A stretch of DNA of 16,170 bases, taken from assembly GCA_043818055.1 (NCBI GenBank), contig JBDRGF010000137.1:1-16170 (forward strand), written 5' to 3'. Origin of the DNA: Pseudomonadota bacterium (GTDB lineage: Bacteria; UBA10199; 2-02-FULL-44-16; JBDRGF01). Shown piece by piece: positions 1-6,396 of this stretch. Within the stretch, counting starts at the first letter, position 1. Every line of letters begins with the position of its first letter. Both the position numbers and the translations under genes were made by a program. The notes beneath the pieces were generated by a model, which was given only the letters and a program-made list of their open reading frames with translations, had not been told where the DNA came from and searched no databases.

Positions 1-141
1 ATGCTTTCTTATAAGCTTTGGAAGTTTGAGCTTCCGGTAGAGCTCGTAAACAAGAGGCACTCCTGCATAGCTTGTTAGCTGTGAATTATTTTCTGTCTCA
101 GAAAGCTTGAACTTTAATACGCCCTGGGTTACTCTCTTCAT
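1..141 (-). CDS. IS1380-family-like transposase, N-terminal 47 codons (partial, continues off the window)
   Basis: Not in the ORF track. ATG at 141 preceded by AAAAGGAG-7nt; translates MKRVTQGVLKFKLSETENNSQLTSYAGVPLVYELYRKLKLPKLIRKH. The 'QGVLxF...LTSYAGxPLxxEL' pattern resembles IS1380-family transposase N-termini from memory; the catalytic domain is not visible. Confidence 0.7.
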   Translation of the reverse strand, partial: MKRVTQGVLKFKLSETENNSQLTSYAGVPLVYELYRKLKLPKLIRKH

Positions 142-226
142 AGAAAAACTCCTTTTTGTGTAATTTGATTTGTCTTTCTACTTATCCTTTTACACGCTCT
201 CTTAACGGGAGAAAAGGAGTTTTTCT
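142..226 (-). promoter_or_regulatory. Perfect 15-bp inverted repeat covering the transposase RBS (anti-SD hairpin)
   Basis: 142-156 AGAAAAACTCCTTTT is the exact reverse complement of 212-226 AAAAGGAGTTTTTCT, 55-nt spacer; the first arm is the SD plus spacer of the ATG at 141. Confidence 0.75.
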
Positions 227-318
227 TTTTTTGTTCGCTCTTCTATTGCCTGCAAATCACGGTATCGCCTGCTTATCCCGATCAATAAATAATAAAACTA
301 AAAAATATCTTATCATAA

Positions 319-406
319 ATACATTCACATACGAAGCAGGATAGCAGCTATCCCGGGATCCCTAAAAATCCCGACTGCTGCTTTCCTGCTTCGTATGTGA
401 ATGTAT
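319..406. repeat. Long inverted repeat / hairpin 1
   Basis: 319-348 pairs with 377-406 at 29/30 positions (mismatch 342/383); 28-nt loop 349-376. Confidence 0.95.
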
Positions 407-516
407 CATCCTCCTGTTCAATTGAGAACATCATCGACGCTGATGCCGGTACTAATAATGATGAGATACCCACAATAAGCATATAGCCAACCGCAGTCGG
501 GATTTTTATGGGTCCC
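355..516. repeat. 24-bp inverted repeat formed by the two hairpin loops (MITE-like 162-bp unit or kissing loops)
   Basis: 355-378 GGGATCCCTAAAAATCCCGACTGC vs 493-516 GCAGTCGGGATTTTTATGGGTCCC: 22/24 complementary, 16 contiguous (363-378 with 493-508). Confidence 0.85.
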
Positions 517-553
517 TTGATGCGGTTGGCTATATGCTTATTGTGGATATCTC
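463..553. repeat. Long inverted repeat / hairpin 2
   Basis: 463-495 pairs with 521-553 at 32/33 positions (mismatch 469/547); 25-nt loop 496-520. Confidence 0.95.
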
Positions 554-795
554 GCTTTTTGATACAAAATCCTGTGAACCTTCAAAACACCCCTTATCTT
601 TCACTCATCTGGTGAATGTTTTTTCACACCCTTACCAGTGTTTTCCTCACATCCCCGCACGTTTACACGCTACACCTTTTTTTCGCTGTCGGATTGAGGA
701 GTATGAATAGGGCCATTTATGAGAAACCAATTAATTCTAGCTGGTTATGTGGATATGTTTTCTACTGGAATCCATCTTTTTCGGTAAAATTAAGC

Positions 796-821
796 AACAA
801 AATTGGGGTATCAGCCGATAA
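796..821 (+). promoter_or_regulatory. 26-bp direct repeat copy 1, containing sigma28 (FliA)-type -10 box GCCGATAA
   Basis: AACAAAATTGGGGTATCAGCCGATAA; GCCGATAA at 814-821, 7 nt before ATG 829. The -35 match is weak. Confidence 0.65.
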
Positions 822-828
822 AATATAT

Positions 829-3800
829 ATGGGAAAGATAGGTTTTTTACCAAATAAAGGCATGCGACAGCTGTGGCAGAGTATTAATCAGAGGCACTCA
901 GTTGAAGGCCAAGCTGCATCACCATTTCAGAGGTCTGATAAGGCTGATTGGTTATCTTTACAGCTTCCTGAGAGGGTGATGGGGACCTTTTTGGTGCAGC
1001 GTGCGCGCGACCTCATTCAAGCGCATCAAGTTGAAAGTCGTCAGGAGGCTTGCAAGTTTACAGTATCACAAAATGAAAGGGGCGCAGGTCAGCTTTATGG
1101 TGCTGATAGTGACCTATATAACGAGACACGATTGCCTCATACCGGCATGGTTACTCATAACGATTTTTCTGACCCTCTGAATCGGCTGGAAGAGGGCGAG
1201 AAACAGCTGCTTTTCGATCTCGTTGCACAGGATTTATCGATGTTGGGGGAGGGTACTGACAAGGATGCAGGTTTGAATAGGTTACAAAGTTTTTTTGATA
1301 CGATAATGGCACCACAAGCTTTAAGCATGGAGGGTTCTGATTCTATAGCTGCTCTCCCTTCATCATCTCAGCACCAGGGTGCTGAGAAAGTACTCATCGA
1401 TAAGATGTCAGGTTTCTCTTCCGTTGTATCTGCACTTGAGAGAACAATTTTCAATCCCTTTATAAGAAGTGATCCCGGTCGCGTCATCTTTTCGGTTGAG
1501 AAGGGTTTGCACCATCTTGGAATTGGACGTGAGGAGCAAAACTTTCAATTTCATCTGAGCCGTCCATTTTTCAAACCGGAAACCTGTTCAAGTGAGGAAT
1601 TCGATAAGGCGATCTCTCTACTTTCTAATAATTTCAAGAAGCTCGCGCCTGCTTGCGACGATGCGCCGGAGGCGGTCTGGAATCTCTTTCGTAAGGATTC
1701 CGGGATGGTAACGATTCGTGTTACTATTCCTGCCGGTCAGGAGAGATCCTATTTCCTCCATCAGCCACTAGCAACGTTGCTCGATGCTGATTCATCTCGT
1801 TTTCTAGAATTGTCCGATCACCATGTGGCAGTTTTTCAAGAGCATTTACAAAATGTCATAATCGTTCCTCGATCTGATCAAGATCTCACTTTGGAATATA
1901 GCTATCGAGTTCTCGATATACCTGCTTTAAAGAGGGGGCAACGGCACGGGTTCTTTTTTATCGATGAGGAATGTCCCGAGCTCGCAGTATTTATGAGGCC
2001 TGAGACCTCTATTTCGAATTGGCCAGATGTAACCCAGTGGTTTATTCAAGAGATGCGGACGAGAGTGTCCGAGGGGGGGATTGGTGTTCAAGAGGCGATC
2101 AAAGCAATCGTTGCGCATGTCAGTGAGAATTACGATTACGATTTTCGTCTGATCGAGGACCCATCATATGCCCTTGAGATGCATGCAAAATATCAACACT
2201 TTACTAAAACTCGAGCCAACACCCATGCGGCGCTAATCGATTTTATTCACGAGAATTGTAAAATGATATCGCCCGATGGTGTTGAGCGTTACGGGGTCAA
2301 GTGCGATGGATTTGCCGCCATTACGCGCGAGTTAGCAGCTCATCTCGGTTATGCGGCTATTACAGTAAATGGACATGAAGCAAACGACGCTACTGTCAGA
2401 ACTGAAACAGCTCATAGTAAAACCTTCGTGCTTCTCCCCTCTGAGTCTGGCGACATCTTTCCCTTTCCCGTTGAGACGAGCTTTTCATCCCTCGGAAGAA
2501 CTGAGCGCAATGATGCTCAGCGTTTTTCCGATATGCAAAATGGTTTTCCAGACTTTGAAAGTGAAAAGAAACTTCTTTCCGATTTGAGTGTCAGTTTAAA
2601 TCAGTTTATCATGGAGCTTCTCTTTTTGTATCAAGAGGGGGATGGCGAGGCGCTTGAAGCCGTGAACTATCTCTTAAAGCATACACTCAGAAAACAGATA
2701 CTTTCAGGGTTCGATCTTCGTGATATTTTAAAGTCACTGATTCATGAAAGCACGCTCCCACTGTTTGCAAATGGTGAGTTTGAAGAGAATGATAACATGT
2801 TAACGCATGGTTTGCTCTGGCTTCAGGAGAGACTTAATCCTAATACTGAGTTGCCTGAGTTGAAAATTTTCTCTCAGAATGCAAAGATCAGACGACGTGT
2901 CAATCGCAGTCTCGAATCGGGTCTAGGTTTGAAAAAATCGCTTCATCTAGCGTATTGCTTTCACCAGTTTGTCGATGTCAAAACAGAGGCTTGGGTAAAT
3001 GCTATACAAAGTGATATCGATAGTGATCAATGTGTTTGGGATCAGCTTTTTATACTCTTTGAATCTAATCCAGGGCTCTCAGATCGGATCGATTGGAAGA
3101 ATGCCTTTCTGGATCAGTTATACGGTTTCGCTGAACCCAATAAGATGTATTGGTCGTGGTCTAAAAATGTCGCTCATTATTCACACAATTATCCGATGGC
3201 GCGCACGGAAATTATCGCTCATCTCCGCACCAACGTCATGATTGAAAACACGGTGAACCCGCTCTTTTTCGCCTCACTCGCTTTTCTGTTGCGATTGGGT
3301 GAGATGGATCTCATCAGACGCTGTTTGCAGGATAAAACTGATCTCTATCTCGATGCTTTTATCTCACATGCGGCAGCTACCCTGTTGGAGGGTGAAAAAA
3401 AATACTTCAGTGTAGGAATGGGTGATCGAATATCCACTTCGGATGAGCCGGAAAGATATAGAATTAAGATGGTTCTTGATATTATGGAGAGTGATCTTAA
3501 GGGTAAGTTTTTCGATCGTGTGGAGGAACTCTGGGATGGCAGTCGCGATCTCGATAGCTTTCCCGTCTTCAGTCGTCTTGGTAAAGAGCTCGAGACCGAG
3601 GCTCGAAGCGAGATAATCGGTCGTGCTATTGCTAAAATTGGACGAGGAGAGGGTTTGGAACGACTTCAGGGAATCGTTGATACGGTTCTCGATAGATCCT
3701 CTAAGCTTGTGGTTGATGAGACATCATTTAGAACTCTCATTGAACATGTGTCGAATAGAATTTATATTGAAAATTATACGGATGAAAAGGATCTATTGAA

Positions 3801-5133
3801 GTTAGCAATCTTGGGAATTAAACAGGATTACGATGTGTCCATTATTGAATATCTTTTTAGAGAAATTGTAAGGATTTATTCTATCTCTCAAATAAAAATT
3901 GGCGGTAGAGAGTGGGTAAACTATATTGCAGGAGATAGTACGGAAAAACTTCGCTATGTGCTTCTTATGCACTACTTTTTGTTTAATCCAGAGAATAATT
4001 ATGCTCAAAGTGTTATCCCAAGACTCTTTCACCTTGATTCTCTGAATGATATCGACGAAATTGAGGCGCTCTTTTTAGGAAAAACCGAATTTCCACGACT
4101 TTTGAAAACACTTTACGATGAATTTGCTCTTCCACTATGGGCACCTTTTATGTTGGTAAGCGCTCACTTAGAAACTGAGAGGCTCCTTCCAGCACTTCGA
4201 ATGTATTTGAAAAGGCATCCCAGTTATTCCGATGTAGATAGAACTCGTGTTCTTAAAATTTATATTGCTCTATGCCGCAGTTTAAAGCCTGCGGAGCAAT
4301 TGGAAGAGTTAACGAGATTGTTTGAAGAAAATGGTCATCATTTTACGTATGATCAACATGACAATGAGTTTAAACTTATTTTTGAAGAGTGTCTGCTTCC
4401 TCTAGTAAATGGCGCAGAAGAACTCCCTTTTAACAGTAATCTTTTCGATTTTCTCTTTTTTAAAACAGCAAACAGAGAACGATTTCCCATGGATGTTCGT
4501 CAAACAGCTATAAACGCACTCTTTGTGCTCGGTGGTGATTATCTTGAGCATCTGCAAAAGGAGAGGGAGAAAATTGAAGCCCGTCTCGATCAGTCTCCAC
4601 TCACATCGGAAACGATCAAGGAGAGAACGACGCTCGCTGTTATTGCCAACGTGGAGCGCAGAAATCGCGAAGCAATTCCCGCTACGCTCAAACATGTCAT
4701 TCACGGTTTGGTCAATAAGGAGGCCATGCTTCGTCGCGGCAGTGGCCAGATGTCGCTCTCTTCATTTAGAAGTAGCCTGATGCGAGATCTTAAAAAATAT
4801 CGGCACGCTCTCTCCGACCCAGAGTTTGATCAGTGGGAGGTGACAAAAGAATTAAAAGCTATAATTGATCAATTTTCTAAGCTCTTTGAATCAGCGGTTA
4901 ACGAGGAGTGGCTACTTCGATCTCGATTGAAACCTGAAGTAGCTTTTTATTCCAACGGCGATCACTTTATGAAATTCCTCCGTCATCTGAAATACCGTTT
5001 GGTTAAACTATATAAGGATACTGTGCCATCCCATAAGGCAACCGAGCTATTGAGTGCGCCAACAATCGCACCTTTCTGGAGTCATATCACACCAGATCTG
5101 CTCAAAGATATGCGCCTAATACCGGGTAAATAA
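829..5133 (+). CDS. Large hypothetical protein with transglutaminase-like (Cys-His-acid) domain and long, probably helical C-terminal region
   Basis: Open frame 616-5133; start placed at ATG 829 (just after GCCGATAA; upstream 71 codons look non-coding; ATG 862 is an alternative). Motif order AIVAHVSENYDYD ... GVKCDGFA (Cys 2302-2304) ... LGYAAITVNG ... AHSKTFV (His 2413-2415) ... FPVETS (Glu 2473-2475) matches the transglutaminase-like core pattern. Confidence 0.75.
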   Translation: MGKIGFLPNKGMRQLWQSINQRHSVEGQAASPFQRSDKADWLSLQLPERVMGTFLVQRARDLIQAHQVESRQEACKFTVSQNERGAGQLYGADSDLYNETRLPHTGMVTHNDFSDPLNRLEEGEKQLLFDLVAQDLSMLGEGTDKDAGLNRLQSFFDTIMAPQALSMEGSDSIAALPSSSQHQGAEKVLIDKMSGFSSVVSALERTIFNPFIRSDPGRVIFSVEKGLHHLGIGREEQNFQFHLSRPFFKPETCSSEEFDKAISLLSNNFKKLAPACDDAPEAVWNLFRKDSGMVTIRVTIPAGQERSYFLHQPLATLLDADSSRFLELSDHHVAVFQEHLQNVIIVPRSDQDLTLEYSYRVLDIPALKRGQRHGFFFIDEECPELAVFMRPETSISNWPDVTQWFIQEMRTRVSEGGIGVQEAIKAIVAHVSENYDYDFRLIEDPSYALEMHAKYQHFTKTRANTHAALIDFIHENCKMISPDGVERYGVKCDGFAAITRELAAHLGYAAITVNGHEANDATVRTETAHSKTFVLLPSESGDIFPFPVETSFSSLGRTERNDAQRFSDMQNGFPDFESEKKLLSDLSVSLNQFIMELLFLYQEGDGEALEAVNYLLKHTLRKQILSGFDLRDILKSLIHESTLPLFANGEFEENDNMLTHGLLWLQERLNPNTELPELKIFSQNAKIRRRVNRSLESGLGLKKSLHLAYCFHQFVDVKTEAWVNAIQSDIDSDQCVWDQLFILFESNPGLSDRIDWKNAFLDQLYGFAEPNKMYWSWSKNVAHYSHNYPMARTEIIAHLRTNVMIENTVNPLFFASLAFLLRLGEMDLIRRCLQDKTDLYLDAFISHAAATLLEGEKKYFSVGMGDRISTSDEPERYRIKMVLDIMESDLKGKFFDRVEELWDGSRDLDSFPVFSRLGKELETEARSEIIGRAIAKIGRGEGLERLQGIVDTVLDRSSKLVVDETSFRTLIEHVSNRIYIENYTDEKDLLKLAILGIKQDYDVSIIEYLFREIVRIYSISQIKIGGREWVNYIAGDSTEKLRYVLLMHYFLFNPENNYAQSVIPRLFHLDSLNDIDEIEALFLGKTEFPRLLKTLYDEFALPLWAPFMLVSAHLETERLLPALRMYLKRHPSYSDVDRTRVLKIYIALCRSLKPAEQLEELTRLFEENGHHFTYDQHDNEFKLIFEECLLPLVNGAEELPFNSNLFDFLFFKTANRERFPMDVRQTAINALFVLGGDYLEHLQKEREKIEARLDQSPLTSETIKERTTLAVIANVERRNREAIPATLKHVIHGLVNKEAMLRRGSGQMSLSSFRSSLMRDLKKYRHALSDPEFDQWEVTKELKAIIDQFSKLFESAVNEEWLLRSRLKPEVAFYSNGDHFMKFLRHLKYRLVKLYKDTVPSHKATELLSAPTIAPFWSHITPDLLKDMRLIPGK

Positions 5134-5141
5134 CAGCACGA

Positions 5142-5167
5142 AACAAAATCGGGGTTTCAGCCGATAA
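5142..5167 (+). repeat. 26-bp direct repeat copy 2 (also contains GCCGATAA)
   Basis: AACAAAATCGGGGTTTCAGCCGATAA, 24/26 identical to 796-821, with 8 nt between the TAA at 5131-5133 and the repeat. Confidence 0.85.
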
Positions 5168-5354
5168 TATGGATATATGATGTTAAACAATGGATTTCAG
5201 AGATCATCGTGACTATGATGAAAATAAAATTTGAGTGCTCTTCGTATAGTTTTGCAGGCTCAATTTGTGCTCTTTTTATTTCAAGTCACTAAAAATATAT
5301 GTTTGGGAGTAATAGAATCTATAGATATTAATATTGAAATAATGGCAAAAAAGC

Positions 5355-6152
5355 CTAAGCATTTTTTCCCACATAAAACTCAATAGCATCGATTAAATCC
5401 TTCATCTCGATACAGGTGTTTTTGCACGGGCCATCTGGGCGTTTGTTGGGAATGCCGATCACTGAAAATCTTCCTCCGACATCGCGGATGCCACTCACGA
5501 GATCGCGTTCACATGCGACACCGATTACAGCAGTCGGTCTGATCTCGCGCACCTTTTTTCTTGCCAGCTCTCCGCCGGATACGACATGAACTTCGACTGG
5601 ATAAATTTCCTGGAGGTCGCGTATTTCTTTTAGTTTCTCCTTTGTGAGGCATCTCGGGAGGAGGATCAGGAGTTTTTCTTTAGTGCTGCATTTTTTCCAT
5701 GCGCGGGCTAAGCTATTCGAGACCTTCACAAACGAGTTTCCCATCTTATCCTTCGAGATGCCGAGCAGCATGCCGAGCTTGAAGACCTTTTCGAAATATA
5801 GATCGAAGAGAATCTTTCCCTGAAATTTGTTGAAGAAAAAATTTTTCTCGTATTTTGCTGTGAGAATCAGTTGAACGAAAGAGGTCAATGTGAAGATGCA
5901 GAATCCGCAAAAGAGCACCCACGTGATGTATGGCAGATATGGATGCCACAGGGTTAGGCGAGGTGTGATGAGATAGATGAAGGCGAAGGATGCGATCCCC
6001 ATCAATAATAAGACTTTGGCGGAAAAGAGGAGAAAAACGGACTTGCCAGCCTCCACATTATTATCACTATTGCCATTCCAGTCCACCCATTCATCACCAA
6101 GGTTGCGATCTGCTTCGGTATTTTGATTTTTTAAATCGTCAAAATGACTCAT
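5355..6152 (-). CDS. DUF116-domain membrane protein
   Basis: Two N-terminal hydrophobic segments, then LILLPRCL ... SGGELARKKV ... RPTAVIGVACERDLVSGIRD ... NKRPDGPCKNT, typical of DUF116; AGAGG SD upstream. Confidence 0.85.
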   Translation of the reverse strand: MSHFDDLKNQNTEADRNLGDEWVDWNGNSDNNVEAGKSVFLLFSAKVLLLMGIASFAFIYLITPRLTLWHPYLPYITWVLFCGFCIFTLTSFVQLILTAKYEKNFFFNKFQGKILFDLYFEKVFKLGMLLGISKDKMGNSFVKVSNSLARAWKKCSTKEKLLILLPRCLTKEKLKEIRDLQEIYPVEVHVVSGGELARKKVREIRPTAVIGVACERDLVSGIRDVGGRFSVIGIPNKRPDGPCKNTCIEMKDLIDAIEFYVGKNA

Positions 6153-6323
6153 TTTTAAACCTCTGACATGGCCTTTTTTACCATCTTTTTGTTATATAAA
6201 TAAAATTCCACATTTTTCAAACAGTTGCAAAGGAAATCGACGTGGGGCTCATTCAACCTGTTAAAAGTTGTTCAACAGATTTTCATATATATAGAGCAGT
6301 TATAATTTTTCAACTATTTGAGT

Positions 6324-6377
6324 TTGACACCACTATATCTAGTGCTACATCTGGGTAATAATACACAACATATAGTA
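6324..6377 (+). promoter_or_regulatory. Tandem NrdR boxes overlapping the nrdJ promoter
   Basis: CACTATATCTAGTG (6331-6344) and CACAACATATAGTA (6364-6377), 33 bp apart, match the NrdR consensus acaCwAtATaTwGtg; TTGACA at 6324-6329 (-10 not clear); directly upstream of an RNR gene. Confidence 0.88.
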
Positions 6378-6396
6378 TGAGGGGGAGAAACGACTT

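Larger units (their letters stand above)
1..262 (-). mobile_element. Left end of putative IS1380-family insertion sequence
   Basis: Transposase-like start at 141. Minus strand from 262 reads CCGTGATTTGCAGG, resembling the CCnnRATT style of IS1380-family termini. The other end is outside the window, so the boundary is tentative. Confidence 0.45.

Noticed and set aside
156..344. 62-aa plus-strand ORF, and its in-frame continuation to 710 if 355-516 is removed and TAG 342 is read as AAG
   Set aside because: Overlaps the IS end and regulatory repeats, has no SD or recognisable motif, and the C/T-rich strand is poor in stop codons, so the open frame can be chance.
352..361. CCCGGGATCC resembling a SmaI/BamHI polylinker
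   Set aside because: Only 10 bp, largely part of repeat X, and no other vector-like sequence nearby.
319..553. CRISPR array, retron msr-msd or intrinsic terminators as explanation of the hairpins
   Set aside because: Only two X copies and they are inverted; no cas or reverse transcriptase gene in the window; stems and loops are far longer than terminator hairpins.
616..828. N-terminal 71 codons of the 1505-aa ORF
   Set aside because: Pyrimidine-skewed, unusual composition and contains the promoter-like repeat; probably not translated, although ATG 703 has a GAGGAG immediately upstream with too short a spacer.
6204..6277. DnaA-box-like 9-mers upstream of nrdJ (AATTCCACA, CTTTTAACA on minus, TGTTCAACA)
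   Set aside because: Each is only 7/9 to TTWTNCACA in AT-rich DNA; not distinguishable from chance by eye.
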